Source of the DNA: Vulcanimicrobiota bacterium
GTDB taxonomy: Bacteria > Vulcanimicrobiota > Vulcanimicrobiia > Vulcanimicrobiales > Vulcanimicrobiaceae
NCBI GenBank assembly: GCA_963733295.1
Contig: CAVTCS010000003.1
Coordinates: 2,816,001-2,880,000, forward strand
DNA: 64,000 bases
Direction of reading: 5' to 3'
The stretch's first letter is position 1, and every line of letters begins with the position of its first letter. The notes beneath the pieces are model-generated. The model worked only from the letters and a program-made list of their open reading frames with translations. It ran no database searches and was not told the DNA's origin. Below, one piece after another: positions 13,508 to 23,475 of the stretch. The translations under genes were made by a program, and so were the position numbers.

Positions 13508-13560
13508 GCCGCCCGGCCCTGTCGTTTCGCGTCGTCCACCGGTGAGGCTGCCATCGGGGC

Positions 13561-13765
13561 TCCTTTAAGTATAAAGAACGTTCGTCGTAGTAGTAGTAAG
13601 GCGGTGTATTGCGGGGAGAAGCGGGGAAACGCTGGTTCGGCGGGTCACCGCATGCTCGAGAAACTGTGCATGCTCTCCGGCGGTCTTTCCACATTTGCAC
13701 CGCGGGGAGCGCGGAGCAACGTTTATCCACGTTAGATAGAGCGCCCTGTACAGCGCCCCACAATG
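13561..13765. other. oriC unwinding region (DnaA boxes, DnaA-trios, AT-rich DUE)
   Basis: TAG trio repeats about 13584-13598 beside AT-rich 13564-13577; boxes CTTTCCACA 13685-13693 and TTATCCACG 13723-13731; between dnaA and dnaN. Confidence 0.85.
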
Positions 13766-13789
13766 GCTGCGAAGAACGCCGCTAGGGCG

Positions 13790-15157
13790 TCATTCGCTCT
13801 GACAGAGGGCCATCAGGGAGCGGACTTTGTTGCGGTACGCTTCGTCGACCGCCATCTGGTGCTTTACTTTATCGCGCGCGTACATGACCGTGGTGTGATC
13901 TTTTTTCGCAAACTCGCGCGCGATCTGGGGCAGCGAGTTGTCGGTCAACTCCGTGGCCAAGTACATCGCGATCTGGCGCGGTGCGGCGATGCGCTGATCG
14001 CGGCGTTGATGGTCCATCTCCTTGACCGTCAGCCCGTGGGCTTTGGCGACCCGCTCCTTGATGATGGCGACGGTGATCCGCCGGGCGGGCGCCGAGGCGA
14101 CGACGTTCTTGAGCACGTCGGCGGCCAGCTCGGCCGTAATCGCCGATTTGGTGAGCGACGCGAAAGCGACGACGCGGATAAGCGCTCCCTCGAGCTCGCG
14201 AATGTTCGACGGAATGACCTTTGCGATGAACGAGGTGACGTCGTCGGGAACCGGGATCTTCTCGGACTCGGCTTTCTTGCGCAGGATCGCTTCGCGCGTC
14301 TCCAAGTCGGGAGGCTGGATGTCGGTCAGCAGACCCCACTCGAAACGCGAGCGCAGCCGGCTCTCGAGGGTCTGAATCTCTTTCGGCGGCCGGTCGCTCG
14401 AGATGACGAGTTGGCGCTGCGCCTCGTGCAAAGAGTTGAACGTATGGAAGAACTCCTCTTGGGTTTGCTCTTTGCCTTCGAGGAACTGGATGTCGTCGAT
14501 CAGCAGCACGTCGACGTGACGATATTTATTGCGGAATTCGACCGTTTGATTGTTTTTGATGGCAATGATAAATTCGTTCGTAAACTTTTCGCTTGAGACG
14601 TAGACGATGTTGGCGTCGGGGGTCCGGCTCAAAACGCGGTGCCCGATCGCGTGCATGAGATGCGTCTTCCCAAGGCCCACGCCACCGTATAAAAAGAGCG
14701 GGTTGTATGCTTTGGCGGGCGCTTCGGCAACCGCCTGAGCGGCGGCGTGAGCGAAGCGGTTTGAGTTGCCGACCACGAACTCTTCGAAGCTGTAGCGCGG
14801 GTTGAGATTCCCGTGCCGAATGTCCTCGGTCGCGCCGCGAAGGGCCGCCGCATGGGCTTCCGCCGGACTCTCTTGCGCCGCCACGGCGTCGGCCGCGACC
14901 ACGAAACGGAGCGTGATCTCCTCGCCCAGCAACTCGGCGAGGACCTCCGAAATGTCGGCCTTCAGCCGGTTCTCGACCCAGTCTCGCGCAAACGGGCTCT
15001 GCACGGACAACACGATCTCGGCACCGTTCAGGGCGACCAAGCGGATCGGCTTCAGCCACATTTCGAAGATCGGCTTGGAGTACTTTCGCTCGAGAGCGTC
15101 CAGCGCCGAGATCCATAACTCGTTTGAAACGCCCGTCTGGCCGATCGCTACGCTCAT
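13790..15157 (-). CDS. dnaA: Chromosomal replication initiator DnaA
   Basis: YNPLFLYGGVGLGKTHL, LLIDDIQF, NIRELEGAL, KDHTTV; start MSVAIG. Confidence 0.98.
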   Translation of the reverse strand: MSVAIGQTGVSNELWISALDALERKYSKPIFEMWLKPIRLVALNGAEIVLSVQSPFARDWVENRLKADISEVLAELLGEEITLRFVVAADAVAAQESPAEAHAAALRGATEDIRHGNLNPRYSFEEFVVGNSNRFAHAAAQAVAEAPAKAYNPLFLYGGVGLGKTHLMHAIGHRVLSRTPDANIVYVSSEKFTNEFIIAIKNNQTVEFRNKYRHVDVLLIDDIQFLEGKEQTQEEFFHTFNSLHEAQRQLVISSDRPPKEIQTLESRLRSRFEWGLLTDIQPPDLETREAILRKKAESEKIPVPDDVTSFIAKVIPSNIRELEGALIRVVAFASLTKSAITAELAADVLKNVVASAPARRITVAIIKERVAKAHGLTVKEMDHQRRDQRIAAPRQIAMYLATELTDNSLPQIAREFAKKDHTTVMYARDKVKHQMAVDEAYRNKVRSLMALCQSE

Positions 15158-15269
15158 AGAACTTGACCGCCTTAGCAAACTCTTCTCGGAGAAACGCGCG
15201 TCCGCGGACGCACTGAAAGCCCCGAGAATGAGGACGAACGATTGGAGGGCCACTCCCGCAATCCTCCGC

Positions 15270-15460
15270 TCGTTCTCCACGGACTTATGCACTTATCCAC
15301 AAGCGAGGCGTCTGGGACAATTGTAGGAACGACGGCCTTTTCCGGCGCTTCGCTTTAACTCGTCCACAAGGCGCAAAACCGCGCAAAGGGGTACGGCGAG
15401 CGTCTTTGCGGAGGCTTCGGGCGAGCGCTTCTCCACAAAGCTGTCCACAGGTGTGGACAA
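15270..15460. promoter_or_regulatory. DnaA-box cluster upstream of dnaA (second oriC part or autoregulation)
   Basis: TTATCCACA 15293-15301, TTCTCCACA 15429-15437, CTGTCCACA 15441-15449, TGTGGACAA 15452-15460. Confidence 0.85.
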
Positions 15461-15493
15461 TTTGGGAAACGTTCGCATTTGCTCGGAAAAGCG

Positions 15494-15523
15494 TTGACGG
15501 GCTCCCTCGCTTGCGGCTATACT
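15494..15523 (+). promoter_or_regulatory. Sigma70-type promoter of rpmH
   Basis: TTGACG-N18-TATACT. Confidence 0.7.
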
Positions 15524-15558
15524 CTGGTGCCTTCTTTTCTACGCCGGAGCCAACTCTC

Positions 15559-15693
15559 GTGAAACGGACCTTTCAGCCCCATAACCGCCGCCGTAAGCGC
15601 GTTCACGGCTTCCTCGAACGGATGTCGACCGCCGACGGCCGCAGCGTCATCGCGCGCCGCCGGAAGAAGGGGCGCAAGCGCCTCACGGCTTAA
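15559..15693 (+). CDS. rpmH: 50S ribosomal protein L34
   Basis: [21 protein letters not shown] start after GGAG. Confidence 0.97.
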   Translation: MKRTFQPHNRRRKRVHGFLERMSTADGRSVIARRRKKGRKRLTA

Positions 15694-15858
15694 GCAGGGT
15701 GCCGAAAAACCCCCGCGCCAGTCGCGACGCGGCCTTCCCGCCGGCTCGTCGTCGCCGCCTCGGTCACAATGCGCAGCGACATTGCTCCCTCAGCGGCTCC
15801 TCGATCCGCCGAAAAGTCCACGCCGCTTTGTGGCGCGCGGATTTCCCGGCACCCTGCT
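15693..15858 (-). ncRNA. Candidate structured RNA (or ssDNA hairpin), ~165-nt rod, antisense to rpmH-rnpA
   Basis: End-to-end imperfect inverted repeat whose non-Watson-Crick positions read as G-U/G-A on the minus strand. Confidence 0.5.
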
Positions 15859-15860
15859 GA

Positions 15861-16193
15861 GTGCGCTGGTACGATCGCTTGCGCCGTTCGAGCGAGATCG
15901 CGCTGGTTCGTCGCAAGGGGCGCCGCGCTTCGGCGCCCACCCTCTCGCTGTTTGCGCTGCCCGCCTCGGACCGGAGCGTGCGCGTCGGGGTAACGGTCTC
16001 GAAAGCCGTCGGGGGCGCGGTGACGCGCAATCTGGTGCGGCGCCGCATCCTGGGCGCTCTGGACGGTTTGGCCTCGCGGCCGGCGCCGTCGCGGCTGCTT
16101 TTCGTCGCGAAGCCCGCGGCGGCCGGCGAGAGCTATGCGCGGCTGGCCGCCGACGTTGCGAGCGCCGTGGCCGGCACCCGAGTCCCGGACTAA
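15861..16193 (+). CDS. rnpA: Ribonuclease P protein
   Basis: [22 protein letters not shown]. Confidence 0.95.
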   Translation: MRWYDRLRRSSEIALVRRKGRRASAPTLSLFALPASDRSVRVGVTVSKAVGGAVTRNLVRRRILGALDGLASRPAPSRLLFVAKPAAAGESYARLAADVASAVAGTRVPD

Positions 16194-16194
16194 A

Positions 16195-16404
16195 GTGCGC
16201 TACCTGCTGGCCGGGCTGATCGTCGCGTACCGGGCAACGCTCTCTCCGCTCTTCCCACCGAGCTGCCGCTTTTACCCGACCTGCTCGCAGTACGCGAAGC
16301 AGGCGGTGTTGAAACACGGTTCTTTGCGCGGCGTATATTTGGCCGCCCGTCGCATCCTCCGATGCAATCCGTGGAACCCTGGGGGCGTCGATCTCGTCCC
16401 GTAG
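16195..16404 (+). CDS. yidD: Membrane protein insertion efficiency factor YidD
   Basis: [10 protein letters not shown]...RILRCNPW. Confidence 0.95.
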   Translation: MRYLLAGLIVAYRATLSPLFPPSCRFYPTCSQYAKQAVLKHGSLRGVYLAARRILRCNPWNPGGVDLVP

Positions 16405-16425
16405 ATCATCCGGAAAGGCTGTCCC

Positions 16426-17295
16426 TTGGAGCTCCCGTTGACCCCGCTGTTGGCCACGAGTTGGCTCGATCCGTTCCGCGATTTTTTGCAGGTCGTGCTG
16501 GTCGCGATCCACTCCGTCGTGCCCAACTACGGCTGGAGCCTCATCATCCTCGCGCTGCTCGTGAAGCTCGTCTTCTGGCCGCTCAACACGATGCAGTTCA
16601 AGTCGATGCTCAAGACGCAGCAGCTGCAGCCGAAGATGGCCGCGCTCAAGAAGCGCTTCGCCGGCGACAAGGAACGCCTCAACCAGGAAACGATGGCGCT
16701 CTACAAAGAGTCGGGCGTGAATCCTGCGGCGGGCTGTCTGCCGATGCTGGTGCAGATGCCGATTCTGATCAGCATGTACTGGCTGGGGATCAACGACAAG
16801 CAGCTGTTCTCCAACCAAGGCTGGCTGTGGATCGGCTCTCCGCTCGCCGCCATGGTTCCGAACAAGATCATCGCGGCGAGCTTGGCGGTGCCCGATTACA
16901 TCTTGCTCGCGTTCTACATCGTCTCGATGTATTTCAGCGTGCGCTTGACGACGCCGGCGATCGATCCGGCGCAAGCGCAACAGCAAAAGATCATGGCGTT
17001 TCTTTCGCCGGTGATGTTCGGCTATTTTGCGCTGAAGTATTACTTTCCGTCGGCGCTGGTTCTGTACTGGCTGTTCTTCAACGTCTTCACGATGGCGCAG
17101 CAGTTCTATTTGATTAACCGTTATCACACCAATCCGAGCCCGATCGGGCCGCACCCCGAAGCGGCGGCAGCGAGCGCCGCCCCGGCGCAGAGCGGCGCGC
17201 TGGCATCGAACAACGGCAGCAGGGCGGCCGCGCAAGACGGGAGCTCGAAGAGCGGCTCGCGCGCGGCGCGGCGCCGCCGCAGTTCCCGCCGTTAA
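16426..17295 (+). CDS. yidC: YidC/Oxa1 insertase, short form
   Basis: NYGWSLII, GVNPAAGCLPML, LVLYW. Confidence 0.95.
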   Translation: MELPLTPLLATSWLDPFRDFLQVVLVAIHSVVPNYGWSLIILALLVKLVFWPLNTMQFKSMLKTQQLQPKMAALKKRFAGDKERLNQETMALYKESGVNPAAGCLPMLVQMPILISMYWLGINDKQLFSNQGWLWIGSPLAAMVPNKIIAASLAVPDYILLAFYIVSMYFSVRLTTPAIDPAQAQQQKIMAFLSPVMFGYFALKYYFPSALVLYWLFFNVFTMAQQFYLINRYHTNPSPIGPHPEAAAASAAPAQSGALASNNGSRAAAQDGSSKSGSRAARRRRSSRR

Positions 17296-17331
17296 CGATT
17301 CTTTTCCTCGCGATCCAAGGAGCGATATGTA

Positions 17332-17964
17332 ATGGACGAGCACGCAAGCGATCAACCCTCGAGCGGCGGAGCCGCACCCGGACACGGCCGGCGGCGGCGC
17401 GCGGCGCGCAGCGGGGGCGGCGGTGGACGGCCACACGCCGGTCCGCCGCGCGGTCCGGACGGACCGCCACGTGCGCCGCGGCCTCCGGCCACGCCGAGCG
17501 TCGAGCCCGATTCGGTCAAGCCGGCTCGCGAGTTGCTCGTGCAAATACTCGACCGGTTGGGCATCGTCGGCGCGCAAGTCGCGTACTACGCACGCACCGA
17601 AGGCGAGTATCTCGAAGTGCGCGGGCCCGATCTCGCAAACTTGATCGGCCGGCACGGCCACACGCTCGAAGCTTTGAATTTGATCTTCAACAACATCGTG
17701 AACGCAGGCGTCAAGAAAGACCGGCACTACTTCACGATCGACGCGGAAGGCTACCGCGCGCGACGGGCCGACATGCTCAAGGCGCTCGCGTTGCAAACGC
17801 TCGAACGCGCCGTTCGCGAAAAGCGCCCGATCGCGCTCGAACCGATGCTTCCCTCCGAGCGTAAAGTCGTACACCTCGCGCTGGCCGAGAACCCGTTCGT
17901 CACGACGGAGTCGAGCGGCGTCGAACCGGAACGCCGGGTCGTCGTCATGCCCCGTTCGGCGTAG
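17332..17964 (+). CDS. khpB: Jag/KhpB (EloR) KH-R3H RNA-binding protein
   Basis: LIGRHGHTLEAL (KH); ERKVVH...SSGVEPERRVVV (R3H). Confidence 0.88.
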   Translation: MDEHASDQPSSGGAAPGHGRRRRAARSGGGGGRPHAGPPRGPDGPPRAPRPPATPSVEPDSVKPARELLVQILDRLGIVGAQVAYYARTEGEYLEVRGPDLANLIGRHGHTLEALNLIFNNIVNAGVKKDRHYFTIDAEGYRARRADMLKALALQTLERAVREKRPIALEPMLPSERKVVHLALAENPFVTTESSGVEPERRVVVMPRSA

Positions 17965-18003
17965 CGCCGCTAGAAATGTATCGCGGCCGGAGCGCCGCAA
18001 CCC

Positions 18004-19368
18004 GTGAGCGATAGCAGTCTGATGGAAACGATCGCGGCGCTCGCGACGCCGCCCGGGCGCGGCGCGATCTCGATCGTCCGTTTGAGCGGTCCGGACGCGC
18101 TAGGAATCGCGGCGCGCGTCGCGCCGGCGCAGCGTCCGCTAGAGCCGCGGGTCGCGACCCTGGCGCGCATTCTCGCCGCCGACGGCGTGCAGATCGATGA
18201 AGGTTTAGTGCTGTACTTTCCCGGCCCGCACAGTTACACCGGCGAAGACGTGGTGGAGTTGCACGTTCACGGCTCGCCCGCGGTGGTGCGCGAAACGCTG
18301 GCAGCTTTGCTGGCCGCCGGCGCGCGCTTGGCCGAGCCCGGCGAGTTCACCAGGCGCGCCTTTCTGGCCGGCAAGCTCGACCTGAGTGCGGCCGAAGCAG
18401 TCGCGGAGCTCATCGCGGCCGAGCATAGCGGCGCAGCGCGCGCCGCCGCGGCGCGGCTTTCGGGCGGGTTGGCCGGCGCGGTCGAGGATTTGCGGGCGCG
18501 ACTGGGCGCGATGCTCGAGGAGTTGAGCGCCGCGCTCGACTTTCCGGACGAGGTCGAGACGCCGTCCCGCGCTCGGCTGGCAGCGCGGGTGGGCGAGGTT
18601 CGCGCCGGACTGGACGCGCTCGCGAGCGGCTGGGAACGCGGGCGCCTCGTGCGCGAAGGCGTGTCGATTGCGATCGTGGGGCCGCCGAACGCGGGCAAAT
18701 CCTCGCTTCTCAACGCCTTACTGGGCAGCGATCGCGCCCTGGTTTCGGCGCTCGCGGGCACGACCCGCGACACGCTCGAGGAGAGCCTGGCGCTCGACGG
18801 CTTCGTCGCCCGGCTGATCGATACGGCCGGACTGCGCCCGAGCCCGGAGGGGCTCGAAGCCGCCGGCATCGCGCGCGCCGAGGCGGCCTTGGCCGAGTCA
18901 CGGATCGCGCTGGTCGTGATCGACGGCTCGCGGCCGCTCGACGGCGAGGCGCGCGACCTGCTGGCCCGCACGCGCGGCGGCGAGCGCATCGTGTACTTCA
19001 ACAAGCGCGACCTGGGGTGCTCCGGTTACGAAGCGCGCGATGCCGCGGAGCTGGACGCGCTTTTCGGAAGCGCTTTCGATCCCGCGACGGTCGAGGCGGT
19101 CCGCGCCGCGCTCGTGCAGCTCGTGACGCAAGGCGAAACGGTCGACCCGGCTTACGCGCATCTCGGAACGGCGCGTCAAGCGGACGCGGTGCTCGCGGCG
19201 CGCCGCGCGCTCGAGGAGGCGGCGGAAACGCTGGCTTCGGGCGCGCCCGTCGACCTGCTGACCGGCGATTTGCTCGCGGCCTCGGCCGCGCTCGGCGGAG
19301 TGACGGGCTTTGCGGCGAGCGAAGAGCTGTTGGATGCGATCTTCGCGCGCTTTTGCATCGGTAAGTAA
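18004..19368 (+). CDS. mnmE: tRNA modification GTPase MnmE
   Basis: SYTGED, GPPNAGKSS, GTTRD, DTAG, terminal FCIGK. Confidence 0.97.
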   Translation: MSDSSLMETIAALATPPGRGAISIVRLSGPDALGIAARVAPAQRPLEPRVATLARILAADGVQIDEGLVLYFPGPHSYTGEDVVELHVHGSPAVVRETLAALLAAGARLAEPGEFTRRAFLAGKLDLSAAEAVAELIAAEHSGAARAAAARLSGGLAGAVEDLRARLGAMLEELSAALDFPDEVETPSRARLAARVGEVRAGLDALASGWERGRLVREGVSIAIVGPPNAGKSSLLNALLGSDRALVSALAGTTRDTLEESLALDGFVARLIDTAGLRPSPEGLEAAGIARAEAALAESRIALVVIDGSRPLDGEARDLLARTRGGERIVYFNKRDLGCSGYEARDAAELDALFGSAFDPATVEAVRAALVQLVTQGETVDPAYAHLGTARQADAVLAARRALEEAAETLASGAPVDLLTGDLLAASAALGGVTGFAASEELLDAIFARFCIGK

Positions 19369-19401
19369 GGACGGCACAAAGCGCGTGATACGATTCGGGC
19401 G

Positions 19402-21297
19402 ATGAGCCCCAGATCGAGCGACGCCGCGACGATCGTGGTCGGCGGCGGTCATGCCGGCGTCGAAGCCGCGCTGGCCTCGGCGCGGACCGGCGCGCCGACG
19501 CTGCTCGTCACCGGCGATCCCGAACGCATCTGCACGCTCGCCTGTAACCCGTCGATCGGCGGTAGCGCGAAAGGGCAGCTGGTGCGCGAAATCGACGCGC
19601 TCGGCGGGGAGATGGCGCGCATCATCGATCGTAGCGAATTGCACGTACGCTTTCTCAACGAATCGAAGGGTCCGGCGGTGCGCGCGCTGCGGGCGCAGGC
19701 CGACAAGGCCGCCTACGCGCGCATCGCGACCGAAACCTTGCGCGCGCAGACCAACCTGACCATCGTGCCGGGGCTCGTCGAAGATCTCGTGCTGCGGGCC
19801 GGGCGCATCGCCGGCGTGACGACGAGCGACGGGCGCTGCTACTACGCCCCGAGCGTCGTCCTCGCGACCGGAACGTTCCTCGGCGGGCGGATCTTCCGCG
19901 GCGAGTGGAGCGAAGCCGCCGGACGCCTCGGTGAAGCGCCCTCGCAGGGGCTCTCGCTCGCCTTGCGGCGCGCCGGTTTCCGGATGGGCCGGCTCAAAAC
20001 GGGAACGCCGCCGCGGGTCGATCCGGCCAGCGCCGACGTGACGCGCATGAAGCTGCAAGCGCCAAGCCCCGTCCCGCTGCCGTTTTCCTATCGCAGCCCG
20101 GCCGCCTTTGCCGGACCGCAGTTACCGTGCTTCGTCGTCGCGACGAACGCGCGCACGCACGCGCTCGTGCGCGACAACTTGCACCGCTCGCCGCTTTACG
20201 GTCTCGATCTCATTCGCGGCATCGGTCCACGCTACTGTCCTTCGATAGAAGATAAAGTAGTTAAGTTTTCGCACAATCCGAGTCACTTGATCTTCGTCGA
20301 GCCCGAAGGCTGGGACGTTGCGTCGCTCTACATCGGCGGTTTCTCGACCTCGCTGCCGGCCGAGGTGCAACTCGCGATGCTGCGAACGCTGCCCGGGCTC
20401 GAAAGCGCCGAGATGCTGCGGCCGGGGTATGCCGTGGAATACGACTACGTATCGCCGCTCGAACTCTACCCGACGCTCGAAACGCGCCGCGTCGCGGGCC
20501 TCTTTCACTGCGGACAACTCAACGGAACCTCGGGCTACGAAGAAGCCGCCGCGCAAGGACTCGTCGCGGGAATCAACGCGTCGCGGCGCGCGCGCGGCGA
20601 CGAGCCCATCAGCTTCGCGCGCTCGCAATCGTACATCGGGGTGTTGATCGACGACCTCGTCACCAAAGGTGTCGACGAGCCGTATCGCATGCTCACTTCG
20701 CGGGCCGAACATCGCGTTTTGTTGCGGCACGACAACGCCGACCTGCGCCTCTCACCGCTCGGGCGCGAACTCGGATTGCTCGGCGACGACGATTTCGCCA
20801 CGTTCGCAGCGCGCCGTGCCGAACTCGCCGCGGGACTCGAGCGCGCGCATCGGATCCGGCTCGGCAACGACGCGCCGCGCGGTCTGGCCGGCATGAGCGC
20901 GGCCGAAGCGCTGCGCCGCCCGGACGTCGGCCACGGGGACTTGGCGCGCTTTTTGTCCGTGACGCCGGAAGTCGGCGAGCGGGTCGAGATCGAGTTGAAA
21001 CTCGAAGGTTACGTCCGGCGGCAAGAGCGCAACGTCGAGCGCGCCGCGGCGCACGAAAGCACTTTGCTGCCGGCCGACTTCGCCTACGGGTCGCTCGGCG
21101 CGCTGTCGCTGGAGGCGCGCGAAAAATTCAGCCGCCACCGGCCAACGACGCTCGGTGCGGCCGGGCGCATTCCCGGCATTTCGCCGGCCGACGTCGCGAT
21201 TCTGAGCGTGCTCTTGCGACGCGGGCGCTCCGGCGAGAGTTCGGTCGCGAGTGCAGGCGAATCCGCGAACGAGCCGGCCCTCGCGACGCGCGGGTGA
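19402..21297 (+). CDS. mnmG: tRNA uridine modification enzyme MnmG/GidA
   Basis: [40 protein letters not shown]. Confidence 0.97.
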   Translation: MSPRSSDAATIVVGGGHAGVEAALASARTGAPTLLVTGDPERICTLACNPSIGGSAKGQLVREIDALGGEMARIIDRSELHVRFLNESKGPAVRALRAQADKAAYARIATETLRAQTNLTIVPGLVEDLVLRAGRIAGVTTSDGRCYYAPSVVLATGTFLGGRIFRGEWSEAAGRLGEAPSQGLSLALRRAGFRMGRLKTGTPPRVDPASADVTRMKLQAPSPVPLPFSYRSPAAFAGPQLPCFVVATNARTHALVRDNLHRSPLYGLDLIRGIGPRYCPSIEDKVVKFSHNPSHLIFVEPEGWDVASLYIGGFSTSLPAEVQLAMLRTLPGLESAEMLRPGYAVEYDYVSPLELYPTLETRRVAGLFHCGQLNGTSGYEEAAAQGLVAGINASRRARGDEPISFARSQSYIGVLIDDLVTKGVDEPYRMLTSRAEHRVLLRHDNADLRLSPLGRELGLLGDDDFATFAARRAELAAGLERAHRIRLGNDAPRGLAGMSAAEALRRPDVGHGDLARFLSVTPEVGERVEIELKLEGYVRRQERNVERAAAHESTLLPADFAYGSLGALSLEAREKFSRHRPTTLGAAGRIPGISPADVAILSVLLRRGRSGESSVASAGESANEPALATRG

Positions 21298-22001
21298 CCG
21301 GAGAGTTCGAAGCGGCGCTCGCAGATCGCGTCGAGCCTGCCTATCTCGACCGGCTCGCCGCGTTCGCGCGACTCTTGGCGCGAGCCAACGCGTCGCAGAA
21401 TCTCACCGGAGCGCGCAGCCCGGGCGAGCTGGCCGATCAGGTCGCCGACGCCCTGAGTCTCGTGCCGTTCGTGCGCGAGCCGTTGCTCGACGTCGGCAGC
21501 GGGGGCGGCTTTCCGGCGGTGCCGCTCGCGATCGTTACCGGCTGTCGCGCGACCCTCGTCGAGTCGGTGGCGAAGAAAGCCCGCTTCCTCGAGGCCGCGG
21601 TGAACGAGCTCGGGCTGCCGGTCACCGTCGTCGTCGCGCGTGCGGAAGCCGCGGCCCACGATCCTCGCTGGCGGGAGCGCTTCCTGACGGCAACCGCGCG
21701 CGCCGTCGGTTCGCTGCCCACCGTGCTCGAGCTGACGGTGCCCTTCCTGGCGGCGGGCGGGAGCGCGGTGTTGCAGCGCGGCTTCTTGAGCGAGGAGGAG
21801 CGGCAAGCCGGGGCGGACGCCGCGCTCATGCTCGGCGCCGAACTCTCCGGAGAAATAGAGCTCGACGGCGTACGGAGGCTCGTGCTGGCTCGCAAGTCCG
21901 GCGCAACGCCGGGGCGTTTTCCGCGCCGAACCGGGGTCCCGCAAAAGCGCCCGCTGTGCAGCCGGGCCGCCCCCGGCCGGCCGGTTCCGGCCGATGGCTG
22001 A
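21294..22001 (+). CDS. rsmG: 16S rRNA m7G527 methyltransferase
   Basis: [21 protein letters not shown]; follows mnmG. Confidence 0.93.
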   Translation: MTGEFEAALADRVEPAYLDRLAAFARLLARANASQNLTGARSPGELADQVADALSLVPFVREPLLDVGSGGGFPAVPLAIVTGCRATLVESVAKKARFLEAAVNELGLPVTVVVARAEAAAHDPRWRERFLTATARAVGSLPTVLELTVPFLAAGGSAVLQRGFLSEEERQAGADAALMLGAELSGEIELDGVRRLVLARKSGATPGRFPRRTGVPQKRPLCSRAAPGRPVPADG

Positions 22002-23403
22002 GACCGTCCGCGAAACGGCCGCTCTCGACGCGAAGCTGGCCGAAGCGCTCGCGCCGGGCGAGTTGTACGCCGTCGGCGGCCGGGTCCGCGACGAGGTGCG
22101 AAGCGCGCTCGACGGCGTGCCTCGCTCGGCCAAGGACCTCGACTACGTCGTCACCGGCCTCGAGCTCGAGGCGCTGACCGAACGGCTTCGCACGCTCGGA
22201 CGGGCCGACGTCGTGGGCTCGAGCTTCGCGGTCGTGAAAGCCACCTTCGACGGCACGACCGTCGACGTAGCGCTACCGCGGCGCGAGCACTCGACCGGCG
22301 TCGGACACCGGGAATTCGCCGTCGAGGCAGGCCCGGAGGTTTCGCTGGAAGACGATCTGGCGCGCCGGGATTTCCGGATGAATATGCTGGCTCGCGCCTT
22401 GCCCTCCGGACGTTTGGTCGATCCCTACCGCGGCGAAGCCGACATCGAAGCGGGCCGCATCGATGTGTTGCGGCGCGAAGCCTTCGACGAAGACCCGCTG
22501 CGCATGTTGCGCGCGTGTCAGTTTGCCGCGCGTTTCGAGTTTGCCGTTACGCCCGCAACCTTCGAAGCGATGCGCAGCGCGGCGCCGCTTGTGGAGAGCG
22601 TTTCCGCCGAACGCGTCCGCGACGAAGCGATCAAGTTGCTCGAACTCGCGCGCCGGCCGTCGCTCGGATTCGAACTCATGCGTGAAAGCGATTTGCTCGG
22701 CCGCGTCTTGCCTGAAATCGCCGAGGGAATCGACGTCGAGCAAAACGAGTGGCACGCCTACGACGTCTACCGGCATACGCTGGAGACGCTCGACGCGACG
22801 CCGCCGGGCGACCTGGTCTTGCGTCTCGCCGCGCTTTTCCACGACGTCGGAAAGCCACGCACGAAAGACGGCCCGCATTTTTACCAGCACGAAGTACTGG
22901 GCGAGGCGATGACGCGACAGGCGCTCGAGCGGCTGCGCTTTCCGGCTGCAGTCATCGACGAGGTGGCTTCCCTCGTGCGGAACCACATGTACGCGGCTGA
23001 CCCGGCAGCCGCCGACCGGACCGTGCGCCGCTTCATCCGGCGGATCGGCGCCGGGAACCTCGAGCGCCAATTCGCGCTGCGTGCCGCGGACATCACGGGC
23101 AGCGGGCTTCCGAAACGCGGTCCGGAAAACGAGCAGTTTGCCGAGCGCGTCTACGCGATTGCCGCGCAGCGGCCGGCTCTCGCCGTTTCCGACCTAGCGG
23201 TCGGCGGCCAAGAGGTGATCGATGAGTTGGTGGCTGCCGGCCTCTTGCCGCGGGGCTCGCGCGGCGGGCCGCTCGTCGGAGAAATCATGCGCGCCTTGTT
23301 GGAGCAGGTGACGGATGAGCCCGCTTGTAACGAGCCTGGCGAACTGAAGAAGACAATTCGAAACCTGATTGCGCGGCGCTCGGACGGCGAATCAGGCGCG
23401 TGA
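21994..23403 (+). CDS. cca: CCA tRNA nucleotidyltransferase with HD domain
   Basis: VGGRVRD, DLD, RRDF, EDPLRMLR, HDVGK. Confidence 0.88.
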   Translation: MAETVRETAALDAKLAEALAPGELYAVGGRVRDEVRSALDGVPRSAKDLDYVVTGLELEALTERLRTLGRADVVGSSFAVVKATFDGTTVDVALPRREHSTGVGHREFAVEAGPEVSLEDDLARRDFRMNMLARALPSGRLVDPYRGEADIEAGRIDVLRREAFDEDPLRMLRACQFAARFEFAVTPATFEAMRSAAPLVESVSAERVRDEAIKLLELARRPSLGFELMRESDLLGRVLPEIAEGIDVEQNEWHAYDVYRHTLETLDATPPGDLVLRLAALFHDVGKPRTKDGPHFYQHEVLGEAMTRQALERLRFPAAVIDEVASLVRNHMYAADPAAADRTVRRFIRRIGAGNLERQFALRAADITGSGLPKRGPENEQFAERVYAIAAQRPALAVSDLAVGGQEVIDELVAAGLLPRGSRGGPLVGEIMRALLEQVTDEPACNEPGELKKTIRNLIARRSDGESGA

Positions 23404-23438
23404 CTGCCCACGAAAGCGAGAGGGGCGAGAATCGGCAA

Positions 23439-23454
23439 CATTTCACGTGAAACA
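23439..23454. promoter_or_regulatory. parS centromere site
   Basis: CATTTCACGTGAAACA, 14/16 match to TGTTTCACGTGAAACA, at the 5' end of parA. Confidence 0.85.
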
Positions 23455-23475
23455 TCCGAGCCATCGCCGGGTGGG

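Noticed and set aside
15790..18000. Long antisense or alternative-frame ORFs (also 43257-45551, 37229-38878, 53419-54987)
   Set aside because: Shadows of well-supported genes in GC-rich DNA
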